Source of the DNA: Phoronis australis
Lineage: Eukaryota; Animalia; Phoronida
Direction of reading: 5' to 3'
Assembly: GCA_002633005.1 (NCBI GenBank)
Contig: NMRA01000494.1
Coordinates: 1 to 64,000 of the forward strand
Length of the DNA: 64,000 nt
Shown: in pieces, positions 23,448 through 37,095 of the stretch
How positions within the stretch are numbered: the stretch's first letter is position 1
How the letters are laid out: each line of letters opens with the position of its first letter
The notes under the pieces: generated by a model
Database searches by the model: none
What the model was told of the DNA's origin: nothing
What the model saw: the letters and a program-made list of their open reading frames with translations, nothing else
Position numbers and translations under genes: made by a program

Positions 23448-24845
23448 GTCAACCCTCTCATTGTTTTATTAGATTAGGTTCACTACATTATTTTAGCTTT
23501 CTGACATGGCCTGGGATCGAAATCCTACCACTTTATCCGTCGCCGCCACAGGTTGTGCAGCCGCAGATTCCGTGGAAGATTATTGGACATGATGTCCTTC
23601 ATCTTTCGATATTTCAAGAGGTTTGATTTTTCCATAAGACAGCATATTCCTCCGCATATCAATGAAAATTTGCCGGCATTATGATAGCAGAGAAAAGGTT
23701 TTGAAACGCTGTTGATATCACTGGGTTGAAACCTCCGGTCCGCATTTCGTGGGGGCAGTTGGTGGTTCTGAAAACCTATACACCAAAGAAATGGCCGCAA
23801 TCTGACGGGTTTGTGAATTTAAACATCGTGCAGCTATTGCGAAAATCGGCTCTGGTCAGCGATCACAAGTTGTGACTCGTTGTCTTTGAAATGGTAAACA
23901 TGACAGCGGCGATGAATTTTTTCACGACCAGGCGACTTGGCGCCTAATTGCTTAAACCGGTGTGCACGGAAGCACAAGCTCAGACAGCGATCGAGTCAAC
24001 AACACGTTAACAGCAGACTTACAAGTATTGGGTTTTGGAGCAGATACTCCGTGGCCGTGATTCAATGCAGTAGATGGTGCTCATGACGCTCCGCGTTTCA
24101 AAATGGCGCTCCTAGGGGATGGTGGCAGTACAAGAAGACCNGGGATTTAGCCGTCAACCCTCTCATTGTTTTATTAGATTAGGTTCACTAAATTATTTTA
24201 GCTTTCTGACATGGCCTGGGATCGAAATCCTACCACTTTATCCGTCGCCGCCACAGGTTGTGCAGCCGCAGATTCCGTGGAAGATTATTGGACATGATGT
24301 CCTTCATCTTTCGATATTTCAAGAGGTTTGATCTTTCCATAAGACAGCATATTCCTCCGCATATCAATGAAAATTTGCCGGCATTATGATAGCAGAGAAA
24401 AGGTGTTGAAACTCTGTTGATATCACTGGGTTGAAACCTCCGGTCCGCATTTCGTGGGGACAGTTGGTGGTTCTGAAAACCTATACACCAAAGAAATGGC
24501 CTCAATCTGACGGGTTTGTGAATTTAAACATCGTGCAGCTATTGCGAAAATCGGCTCTGGTCAGCGATCACAAGTTGTGACTCGTTGTCTTTGAAATGGT
24601 AAACATGGAAGCGGCGATGAATTTTTTCACGACCAGGCGACTTGGCGCCTAATTGCTTAAACCGGTGTGCACGGAAGCACAAGCTCAGACAGCGATCGAG
24701 TCAACAACACGTTAACAGCAGACTTACAAGTATTGGGTTTTGGAGCAGATACTCCGTGGCCGTGATTCAATGCAGTAGATGGTGCTCATGACGCTCCGCG
24801 TTTCAAAATGGCGCTCCTAGGGGATGGTGGCAGTACAAAAAGACC
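23448..24845. repeat. About 693-bp direct duplication across an assembly N (probable haplotype overlap)
   Basis: 23448-24140 and 24153-24845 are offset by 705 bp and differ at roughly 9 positions by eye. The N at 24141 lies at the junction. Confidence 0.9.
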
Positions 24846-25963
24846 CAACGCTTTGCTATCGTCGTCTTTTACAACCTAGTTCACCTATATTTTCCTATAG
24901 GTTGGAATAAATTTCCGAGAAAAAGGAGCTAGGTGCATTGGAAAAGACACCCGTCTTGCGAGTTTGAAGACGAGATAGTGCTAGTTGCCCGTATTATTAT
25001 ATTGTGACGCGCGACATTGTGTCACAAAGAGGGCAGTTTCCGGCGAGAAAAATCGCCAAATATGAAAATGCAAAATTATAAAATGCACCAGCTTGACTGG
25101 GACAATGCTTACACTTCTAATTTGAGAGGTAGTGTTTCGAGAAATATTTTTGATTGACGCAACAATTTTATGAACCTCTACAAAACAAATATCAGGTGGC
25201 AGTTCCATTAACATTCGTGCTATTACGGCGGTTTAATGTATGAGTAAAATCTGGGAGGTTTCTCTGAACGCCATGCCAATACAATTATGTTCAATCTCCA
25301 CGAGCAACTACATGTATAATGGATGTAAATTCACGAGAGAAGCGGAGGGTTTTTACGATTGGTGATAGGAAATCAGCCAGCTCCAAGTTGTAAGCCAGTA
25401 TGCGTTTGTCTGCGCACTTTCACAGTTTTCTTCTCTTCCTCTCTGCGGTGCAGTACGGAAATTTGGCGGACTAACAGACCTGGGTTGCGTTATGTAACGC
25501 TACGTTATAATGAGTTTGGTTACGTCACGCAAGTACAGTACTTACGTTCATCACAAGCGAAGTATACGATCTAGCTTTCACTCACGAATATCTTGCATTA
25601 CGTATTTAGCCCTTAGCCCGCTGAAAGATGTTCGTCCAGCATATATTTCCCTTTTCTGAATATCCCTACCTGAACGTCACTTACCTGTGTCCACGAAACA
25701 AAGTGGACAGACTAGTGTGGCCACTGGACGGTTGCACCAACAACAGAAGTTGCGCACGTGCTGTTTGGTTGTAGAGTCAGTACGGCAGCCCGGATGGACC
25801 ACTTCGTGGCACGCGGTACACAACAGAAGGTTACCTAAAGCAGGATTTTCAAGAGGCAGTATGCTGGCAATTTGCTATTTAATATTCACTAGATGACGGT
25901 TGTGCAGCAATGATCCAACCAGCAGAAATATATGTTTTCTAGTCGGTGATGTGTAGGAGACTT

Positions 25964-26205
25964 GGGGCCCGCTCCAACGAAAGTGACATCCGGTAGCTAA
26001 GAAAAATCATAAATTTTAGTAAATTTTAAAATAAAAGTTAAATTTGTCTCAAAACCAATTCAGGAATGATATCTTACGTTTGAATTCAGTGTTTGACATA
26101 ATTTTTTTATAATTTTGACTAACTTACCGGGTGTGGAATTTTCAAAGTTTGGAAGTTAAGACAAACCTAAAACTTAAGTAAAAATGAACTAAAATCAGTT
26201 TCTTG
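25964..26205. mobile_element. Harbinger-like MITE family B, degenerate copy
   Basis: Begins GGGGCCCGCTCCAACGAAA and is colinear with 26840-27075. The right end is eroded. Confidence 0.7.
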
Positions 26206-26839
26206 TTCGCTTAAAAAACACACACAGGTCATTTTGATAGCCTAGATTAATGATCTTTCGTGGTCACTCGCGAAACACTCGCAATTTTCTTGTGGTCTTG
26301 CGTGATCATACCTATTTAGCAAAAAAATAACACTTCGGAATATTACCACATGGCGTGTTTTCAGCAAGTTAACTCTTGGTGCTGTTCGGGTTTTTATGTG
26401 GATGACTTATGGTTTCATTTTATATTTATGCGACTCCGTAGAGTAGTCTCGTAAAACCCGAGCTCCCTGCCCCGCTCCTCCTATGGCATCCATCTCAACT
26501 TTGAATTCTTTCAAATAATGTTTGCACTCTTGTTTAGCGCTGTTTGAGAGATTGTCGCTTATTCGTATTTCGCAATATAAGATTGAGACTTATTGTTCAC
26601 CTGGTAGTTGCAAAGTGAGTTCTGTAAAATTATCTACCAGTAAGCCATAGTGTCTTTTCCGTCACGTAACTTTGAAAATCAACAGGTTTTTTTTGAAACG
26701 TGCGCTCTACGAAATGGCCCTGATCACCCATTAGCAAACACGAAGTTCACCTTCTGTTCGCTTTGTAATGCGTCGTCCAGAGTAGTCGTGCCCATTCAGA
26801 ACACCAGGTGGCGAGTGTGGCGCCATAACTAGAGCCCTG

Positions 26840-27075
26840 GGGCCCGTTCCAAGGAAACTGACTAAGCTAAGGCAAATCTTAAATTGCAGTCAATATTAAC
26901 ATAAAAATTGAACTTGTCTCTAGTCCATTTGAAGAAAGAAATCGTAAGTTTGACTTCTTTTGTCTTAATTTTGACTAACTTACCAGATATGGGAGTTTCA
27001 AAGTTTTAGAAGTTGAGACAAGTCTTGAAACTTAAGTAAAAAAATGAACTTAAATGAGTTTCTTGGAACAGACCC
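26840..27075. mobile_element. Harbinger-like MITE family B
   Basis: TIRs GGGCCCGTTCCAAGGAAACT / AGTTTCTTGGAACAGACCC with a 3-bp CTG TSD on both sides. Confidence 0.8.
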
Positions 27076-29054
27076 CTGGACTGTCTGTCAATACAGCGCA
27101 AGTTTTCAATCGGGGTTAATATTTCAAAACAAAATATTTGATATTTTAGCATGAGATACGCCTTTAAATTTGTTTAGTGCAACTTGGTTCTACATCGTAA
27201 CAAGCACATCTGCTCGATGTGTAATGTTTCTGCAAATATCCGTCCCTGTAACACTAGACTGTATATGCATGTAATGTAAAGGAAATCATCATTGAACTTC
27301 AGATAACACAACCTAGGTACTTCAAACCAGAAATTGTCCACTAAAACACATTCAAATTTGCCAATGCCTTGAATCAGCGACCAATCCTTTATTTAAATTT
27401 CTTGTAGGCTCAATACTTCGTCACCTTTGTCTTACATACAGGGATCACTCCCGAGCACCAACGAAAGTAATGTACCAATCTTTGCAAAATGACCTATTAT
27501 TGCGATGCTAAGTCTTCTGGCGTCACGTTTCTGTGGCAATAGCACTGCAATAATGCGTAATATAAATTTGTTGCACACTGCAGTTGTTCACGAGTAAAAT
27601 GTGAGTAGAAATACTGGACAACACACGATGACAAGTTTCAATTATTCACGAAGCTAGTTGATTTTGTAGAAAGTTTTCAATATAAATGTGAACAAACCTT
27701 TTACGAACGGACAGAACAGTACATTGGCTAGTGGTTGTGCCAGCCAGCAGCGTCCACATATGTACTTGTCCATTTGAGCTAAGGGTCATTAAGTACATTT
27801 TGTTATTTTTGCGTCTTTATAAACGTTCCAAAACACGTCTTTTAGTTCTGGCATCTGATATTCACCATGGCATTGCTGAAATGTTATTCATATTATTGCG
27901 TATTCCTTTCTATCACAACCCATGTGCGAAAATTTAAATGCGATAGGTGGCGTTCGGTCGCGCCGTGACTTTCTGTCTGGTCTATTTATCCTTTGAACAT
28001 TCCCGCATTCAACGGTTCTTTAAAATAAAATTCTTTCAACAAAAGTCGGAATTGAACAAAGGTACTTAATTGGAAATACTAACGCATAAAATATGACAAC
28101 ACCCTCTTTTAAAAGAATCTGTGTTTCAAAAGGAATAGCGCTGATAACGAATCCGTATGTTTCACGTGTAGTTTTCGAAAAACAAGACGGGAATAGATGG
28201 TTTGCACTCCCATCTAAGCTGCAGCACTGCAGCAGGTATAACTCAATCGAACAATCCAATTTAATTATTACATAATGTTGCAAAACGTTGTAAAGTTACT
28301 GAATCCCTGTTTTTCACCATTTTAATCGTTTTTTAGTTGAGACGACAAGCATTAGTCAGCATTTTGCTCGCTGTGAACTGGTAACCCATGGACCCGGCTG
28401 TGAGTTGCACCATAGTTCACTGGGCGACAGCTCAATTTGATTTTATTTGTATGAAAACAAGAAAATTGCAATTTAACCAAACATGACACAAAATGAATCG
28501 TCTTTCCCTAAAATGCACGTGCTGTACATGTACATAGAGAATGTTATATTTTAGCCTGGCTATGGAAACGCGAGGCAAATCAGTCCTAAGCCAAAATAAA
28601 CAAGCACTTCTAGTTGGCAAACATGGTTTAGTTTTTCATTTCAGTATATCTGCAGTTATTACCGACTTCCTTTATTTCATATTGAGACAGGCTGCACGGC
28701 GCCGATAAAGAGATTATTTCAATATGCTGTAAATGCCTGGTATACCATTTATAGATATTTGTACAGTGCCTGATGGAGAATTTAATCGTGTTTGCATGTC
28801 ATTACTTGTAGATCAACTTTAAAACCGTTATCGATAAATTTCTGAGTCACTTTCAGACTTAACCTCTCAGCCAAAATGTGGCGTTGGTGTCATACAGCAG
28901 ATGGAACAGCAGACAGAGAAAGTAGTGATTTTTGTAAAATGCAGTGGTCAAGCCAGTCACGGTTGGCAGAATGACGGTGTTGGCGAAAACTGCTATGTTG
29001 GTGCCGATAATGTCAGTATAAAAATATTTAAATAACATGCAATTACGATGTCTA

Positions 29055-30710
29055 AGGAGAATTCCACCCAAAAACAACCTATTTTGTATCAATTTAGATC
29101 GAGTACTTCCACTCGATAACAGCAAATTCAGTTGTTTTACCTGACACTGAACGGCAGACGGAGATGTTGAAATTAATCAATGACGTAATCGGTTCGAACG
29201 CAGTCTGTTCAGAAGTTCACAACATGCTTACCTGTGTCAACTTATCGCTTGAATTCATCGTTTTTACACCAATAAGTCATCAAAATTGGATGTAAACCCC
29301 TCACAAATACATCAAGCTCTTGAACAAACGTGTTGTTTTATTTCATTGTTACGGATATATAGGTACTGTATTTGAACGTACCGTAGCCTACAGAGTTCGG
29401 TAGGCCAATTTACCATGGTCGGTCGCGGGAGTTTGGGCCTGTTTGGTGATAAATTCGAATCATTCTTCCGTGAAATACAGACGGGGTAACATACTTTTAG
29501 ACTTGCGATTTTTTCAGTTCTAAACACACAAAACGCTTGTTACTCCCCGTCATTGGTCGGAACCTGATCAGGCCCATCGCGGCCGCCGGGACTGGACATC
29601 ACGAACATAAACCAGCTTCAGTTGGAAACTAAACCTCCAGCCACGAAGAGACTATAATAACGAGCCAAAGAAATAATATTCACGTATTTCTTTAGATGAG
29701 TTAGCCACGAAACTGAAAATCTACTTACTTGTCGGGGGCTGCGAAGTCAGATGTCCCCTTCCACAGAACCGCCAGGACAAAGGTTAACAGTAACAATGGT
29801 TTGAATAATGTATTTCTATATCTAAATAAAGATTCCCCTAACATACATGTATGACCATAGCATATAAAATCGAGTTATTGTTTCACAGCAGCTTTCTGTC
29901 AGCAAATCCTGAATTAGCATGCGCTCACAAGGCCTCTGTGCCCGGTCAATTACCTTTATTTCATCTAAAGCCGGTGACTCCGCAGTGATTTATTCATTGC
30001 TGGCTTCTCAAAACATTTGCACCACTGTCTTACGAATACTCCAAAGGCATTACAAATTGTATTCAATGAGACGAACTTTGTTTTAGTTTTATATAAGCAT
30101 TGCGTAGAATGAAAATAATTCATTTTGAAACAGAAAGCAGAATAATAAACACCTACATGGCAACTCGCCAGGCCCAATCCCGACTTAGTCAAGAGCTCAT
30201 CCGACGAAGACTTCACGGGTCGGATTGTTAGGTTTCACAGGCTATCAGCTTGAACCGGAATACACTGATAGGGAAATACTAGAGAGGCGCCATGAGCATG
30301 CATGCACAAGCAACGGAACGTATGGATATTTCTTTGGTAAGCCGGAATTCGTCAGAGAAATTACTGTCGACGAAATGCCGTCCACAGACACGGAGATGTT
30401 TCACGGCCTCATACGTGCTATTAACAGCGTACTTTTCATTCTTCACTGCCGTGAGCCGCTTCCTAAGTCGAAAAAACGATATACCAGCTTTCTTCGCAGC
30501 TTCATAGTTCTTACAAGCGGGAACGATGCACCGCAATAATGCGGCATTAACTCTGCAGATGAACCACTGACGTCGCTGCGTCGTTTCTCACCTTCCTCAC
30601 AGGTTAACGCGACACCTTTCGGCAAGGTGAGGTTGGCCGTATAAGAGGCGATGTGGATATGGACCGATTAAGACGGTAAAAAGACTATTTAAATAGGGTG
30701 TCATTCTCCT
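29055..30710. mobile_element. Non-autonomous Kolobok-like DNA transposon, copy 2, with THAP remnant
   Basis: TIRs AGGAGAATTCCACCC / GGGTGTCATTCTCCT; right flank TTAA, left flank degenerate TCTA. Minus strand 30279-30536 encodes CIVPACKN..GISFFR..LRVCGRHF (THAP signature). Plus strand encodes SSSDEDF...GYQLEPEY. Confidence 0.8.
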
Positions 30711-32828
30711 TTAAAGCAATAGCAAACAATCTACATACATGTATAACTCTTAAGCGTTGTGAAAAAAGAAACGTGCGTCTTTCGCTTGACCTATTTTTTA
30801 AACTCTTAACTCGCCGAGTTGACACTGGAACGAGAGCTAATTTTTCGTTTCATTCACAGACTTTTGAGACGTTAGACAGCGTCAATTTGACGGCACGATG
30901 GTAGCAAAGAATTTCAGAACCCCATAAATGGGCACAGAACGTTGTCCACCATTTAGTGTTTAGGAAAATGGTCGAAGCAGTTCGTTTTCCAGTATTATTG
31001 CAAAAGAAATTTCCTTGTGTCCACGAAAACAACAGTTTGTGCTTCATACAACTGTGTAAACTATTGCTGATGATTACTACAATTTCGTGGAACTCGAGAA
31101 ACCCCAATGTGACCCAACGAAAAGTTACGACGGTTAATGTTTCGAAATTCCAACCAAACTGTCGCGATTTGAGGCCAGAAGTGAAGCATCAGTTTTCTTT
31201 TATGCTGAAGGTTAAACATTTTCCATGGACGCATTATTTGAGCCCTGACATTCTGTTTTTGGTGTGCATACAAAACCTGATAGATAACTGTGGATTATTT
31301 ACTGTTACCCGTTGTTAATAAAGTAATAAGAATCAGCTTCACACCATACATATACACAGAAGTTAATTGATGCATAGTATATTGATTACTGCTTCATTAT
31401 TGGATTAAAACGTGGCAGCTAAAATGGTACTTTCTGAGACATTAATAGTTCCTGCTTACCTGTAAAGTATTGGCTGCAATATGACATACGATGCCGCTGT
31501 TAGCTGTTATCGTTGAATTCGCAACCTATATGTACGCACGTTGGGAATAAAATCAATACCGCGAACATCCAATCTAAGATTCTTGATGACTGAGCCGGCA
31601 AAGCAAGTCACAGGCAAGGCGCACACGAACTATTATCGAATTTTCGTGATTTCTCAGTATGTTGTCAACGGAAATATAATCGTAAGGAGAACAAAAAGCA
31701 CAAATCGAGATTGTACCGACGTATATTGCTATTCGTCCAGGTCCACGTACATGGCTGATTATGAATCCGTCAGCCGGACCTACATGACAGTTACGTTGCG
31801 AGATCACAACTGCACTCTCCTTCTAAAGAAGATCGTGGTTTACCGGCGGTCTTAAATCTTCGCGCCTTAGTTAGCTGTGGAACGGTACTGGCGCGACATC
31901 TGTTGGGTAGTGAGTGAAATGCCCTCTGTCATGTTTTAAATGGATTAAATCTCGGTCCACCACTGTGGTACAAATTCAAGTAAGAGCACTTCCTCCAAGC
32001 TTCTTTATCAAAATTAAAACCTACAATTTAAACTGGGTTGTTGAGATCGAACAATTAGTACGCGATATCCATAGAAGGTTTTAAAACTGATTCTGCCATC
32101 AATATAGTAAACAGTAGAAGCAGGATAACGCCTTTAATGGCCTCGTTTCCTATATCTTGTTATTAAAATCATTTTATACCCTTAAAAAACGTTTTCAATA
32201 AACGAACATGAATAATGGTATTTACGTTTATCCAAAAGGTCGTTAGCAAACGCAAAACGTTTCTCAGTGTAATTTGGATAAAATCTCTTCTTCCACCTAT
32301 TTGGATATTGGAAGCATGCCAAAATCGATAACAGCAAGGTATGTTTTGAAAGCACAAACGTAAAAAATCGAATCAATTCTTGAGACTGACATAAATGAAT
32401 TATCGATAAAACACAAAATGTCAATAATTTCATTCCCGCAGACTTCGTTGGTGCTGGAGTTTATTGAAGAATATAGAAGAGGTTTCAAATTCAAAACCAA
32501 CGATTTTCATCAATGCGTTTTTGCAGACTGGTGTGAGCTTATACCAATACAAATGGTCTGAGGCATGATCAAATATCGATAAATAGTGATGAAGCGGTAT
32601 TTACGTCTAACAATGAAACCCGAGTTGCTCATCAACTAGTTCACCGATTCAGCCAGTTTCAGGACTATAGGAGTCGACTGATCACTAAACAAGCCGAAAC
32701 CGTTAATTTTAGCCGCACCAGTCATTAAAGAGGTTTGGCAATTGACAAAAAATCCCCGTATTCCGACATCCTTGGTCTTGTTGACGTTACCCATACACTG
32801 AAAATTAATCCAAAGTCTACATGTAATT

Positions 32829-35800
32829 ATGGAACAGAAAACTGTAGCGTGGTTTGGGGAAGACGAACTGAAAAAAGACGTTGATTGTGTGAAACATTTA
32901 GGAGCCAACAAGGAGTCTCAGAAGGCGTTCGAAAAGTTAAAATATTGGTCACTGGACACCTGCACGAATGGTGTACCAAACATTGCGCGTGCAGACAACA
33001 AAGTTTCGCGTGCTTTCTGGATTCTTGTCACCCTGACAGGCACAGGTGAGTGTGTTACTCTTACTTGAACGTAGCCCAAGCAAAACGTTTTTTACTCGTA
33101 AAGCCAAAGTACGTGAATTTTAAAGTTAGAGAAAAAATCATATTTCAGTTATGGTCTTTGCATGTGTCTGTTGTCGCGCCGTCGAGTCACCAAAACAGAC
33201 TGAATATTGCAACATTAATTTACCTAAATAATTACACGCCGGCGTTTAGGTAGCGTGTCCACGCCAATGTGTTTCGGTGAAAATATGTGTAAAACCTTTT
33301 CTAAAACGCATCACGGTCTACAAAATACTTCAAATACTTAGTATCTACAGTAGCAGTTATGGACTTATTCTCAGAGAGTTTGCACTTTTTCTCCATTTAG
33401 ATTTAATTATTTTTCACAGATAGTTGTGTGGAGCGTGAGACCAAATTTCTCGCATTTATCGAAAGACGGATGTCGTAAAATATACAAATGGAGTTAAATT
33501 ACACTGCTCTTATGTTTTGTAATATTCGTGTCTTTCCTAAGTTTTGTATTGATGATTTTGTCTAACGAACAATTGAAGAGATTGCAATTGCAATCTCCCA
33601 CATGCAAATTTTTAAAGAATCCGTGTCAAGGTTTCTTTTTGAGAATACTAGTAAAGTGTATCTACAGTATATATTCTGCTTAGTTTTGTACAGCTCAGAA
33701 TTATGGATTTATTCTAACGGCTTGCAAATGTCCAAAAGACCACCTAGTCATGATAACAAACCTAAGCGCCAAAATGTTCGGCATCCTCTTGCCATCGTCA
33801 GACGAAAACGATAACAAAACACCAGCAAATCACGTGACACCCACACTAAGCGACTTCTGCCAACAAGCATAAATATTATCACCCATGCAAGACGCTAACA
33901 ACTCTGCAATTAGGGGGTATTTAATACTAGCTGATTGGGAGAAAATTTCGTTTTTATACGATTATTCATATGTATATTCTTGCAATAAAAATGAGTTTTC
34001 TCTCTCTCACGTCACTTGTATGTCGCAGGTATCCCCCCTCTAACTTGCCTTGCGGAACGCGCTGCCCGTGAGGTGTCATGTTGCTCTAGAAGTTTGTCTT
34101 TCGTTTATTCTTGATCGAATACTAAACTAAGTCAGGACAATGCTTAACAATCTAGGTTGTCTACGATAGTACATGTGTATACACTGTGGCAATGCAAGAT
34201 AGTTCAGGGATGGAAACCGACCCTTACCACAGGAGGCAAACAAATCAAACAGTCCCGAATAGGGACTCAACTGAGATCCCTAAATCTTTTGCGTGTTTGA
34301 TTCATTCTTTACATACAGATGTTCCATTTTATCTTTATTATGAGCTCCTCTTTGACTAAGTAATATTTTCCAATAATATAACTAAAAGCTGAGCCTTTAC
34401 TTGAGTCATTATAATTAGGGATTTAGTCCTTAAATTAGGAGCGTTGCATGAAAAGATCCCAGCTTAGTTCCAATAACATTTAGAATTCAACGAGGACTTT
34501 ACTCTCGACTTGTATCAAGCCCAAAATTGACTTTGTCATGGGACTCAAATAACATAAGAAAGGACAATCAGTGTTTTTACAAGACCACAGGCATGCAATA
34601 GATTTAGAGAACTTAGTTGAATCCTAATTCGGGACTGTTTCGTGCAACCGGGCATAGAACCCCAACCACAGACACACTGGCGCTCATACCACGGACGAAT
34701 GGAGCAAAGGTAATTGATCGTCATAGCACGTTTCCCTGTAGAAACTGGGTCGCGCACTTCGGTCACTTGCATTTGAAGTTGTCCTTGGTAAAAGTGCCAT
34801 CTGTGGTCGGATATTTAGTTCTATAGAGAAGGTGCCGTGTGCGTGATAAGAGCTTTTGCGTTCTGCGGTAACGGTGCGCGCCCGTGTTAAAAGTGATCAT
34901 GTGAGAAAATTCTCTACAAGCCGGCTTTGACGGTCTATGCACGTGTAGGCCTGAATCTGGAGATTCTTTGCGAATACATGTGCTTGTGAACCGCTACCGC
35001 ACATCAGGTATATATATCAGTTTTAATCTAACTAGTTTTTTTATCTTTTAATAAATTGAGCGTGCCCTTTTTTGGCAGAACAACCAAATTGTAGAGCCAA
35101 AATATTCCTCGGCGCACCTTACGTTATTGGAAAATTTTGGTCGATTTGACAATTTGCGACTGCACTAATGTACATGCCTAAAGTGACCTACACTAGAATG
35201 TTGTAACAATTTGGCTGATAATTCTGACCTAAATTTTCACATATTCAAGTTGTGACAATTTGGGACGTTCTGACAATTTGGACCTGTACACTCCACGGTG
35301 TTGCCGTGCTTGTGACAAGTCCGTGCGCAAAAAAGTAGGTCAACATTGTGACGTGGTAAGCAAAGAATGTCCACCTCACGAGTTCGCGTTTAACGACACC
35401 TGTGGCTGAAGCTCTCTATTTCCACGTAATCTCATTGCGGGCTATGACATCACATATAGTGCTTTCAAGTCAACAATTTGTCCTTTCGTCAAAATTAGCA
35501 GGTTCTTTGCCTGCATTTTAAACGTCAGGACATCACACGCTTAGACAAGTAAGCTCACGCTTATTTGATAGAATTTCCGCCAGTTTCCACACTTGTCCAT
35601 ACGGCGTTATCACTGAGTAAAGCTTGCCTGTGGAGTTTCCGCGCAAGCCACATCTTTTCTTCGAATACAGTGTATTATTTAGGGGACTCTGTCAAACTTT
35701 TTCTACTCTTCAAACTAGTCTGTTGTTTTCTAATTCGTTCGCTAATGACTTACAATGCAACCGAATGGCATTGTGCGCGTGTATTCTAATAACTACATGT

Positions 35801-37055
35801 ACAACAAAAACGTCATCTCTCTAGAAAAATGGACGTCTTAACCTGACAGGTACAATGAACTTGTCTCTGACGACTTTCAGTGCTTCATATAGGTAACTTT
35901 CAAGAAATCTTCAGCCAATGAAGAGGTTGGATAACCCTAAGATGGTGCATTTTGCAGTACTTACAATGTATATGCGACTTTAGTTGGCAATTACATAACT
36001 GTATACTATTATCTTATCACAAATAATTTGGTGCCGAATTTCGAATTTTTAGCTAACTGAACATAGCGAAATGTAGCTTTAATTCCCTCTACATAAATCA
36101 AACTCTCAGCGCGTTCACCGTTGCCAACGTTTGTTTAAACATTCACCAACACAAACCAGTCTATTACAGTTTGAGTACACACAGTGCAATTGAAGATTTA
36201 TTAGATGATCGTACAGTGTGTGTAAACATCTCTTGACCTAACAAGCCTACAAAGGCAGTGAAAATTTTGATATTTGCATGATATCTTTTGTAAACATTTT
36301 ATTTGAAACAAAGCTGTATCAATCGATCACTCAAATATTCATTCGCAGAGAATACAACCTACCATATTCACAAGAGATAATATCAATTTCTAGAAAAGAA
36401 AAACTGCTATAATACAAATTATATCAACTGACCTTACACACCTAATGGACTAAATGAATTATAAAAAACATCAAAAAACAATGCGAGGTTTGTTAGGAAT
36501 CGGTTATCCTCAGAAATGCTCAACCTCCCCTTTTCCCTAGCCTTGGAATGTCTTCGTGTCTGTTATGTTACTGTGCACGCATGCCAAGAGATCCATGTAA
36601 GCTTGTTCAAGTTACCAAACACTATAAGTGGAGTGTGTTGTCTGTGCAACTTTCCCTGGCAGTGCCAATGTGGGCCATTTTCGATTTTACAATTTCAAAG
36701 TTTTCCCACTCAATAAATTTAGTATCTTTCCTCGAGTTGGTTTCGATATTCTTAGTCACGGAAGCTCACTGTACACACGCGCAGACTTGGGGTGCGTCGT
36801 TTGAACCTTCCTTGTTGGCGCGGTGTTCACACAGCAAAATGTGTGTCCACAACACGGGTATTCATTCAGATACAACTGTTTAGTTTTCAGGAAGGCATGT
36901 CTTCTCTGTAATATTTCGTCTCTTACCATGGCAATTAGCCATGGCAACTACAACGCTCTGGTATTACTGGAAAGCTCTGTGTCCGCAACAGCTGTTAACA
37001 TAGGCGGTGTCTACGCAGCGATAAATACGCGCGCGCGTGGGTGTGCGTGCGAGGA

Positions 37056-37095
<40 letters not shown>

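Noticed and set aside
23525-24505. Twin 91-aa ORFs as duplicated genes
   Set aside because: No recognisable domain, non-ATG starts, and they are explained by the duplication at the N.
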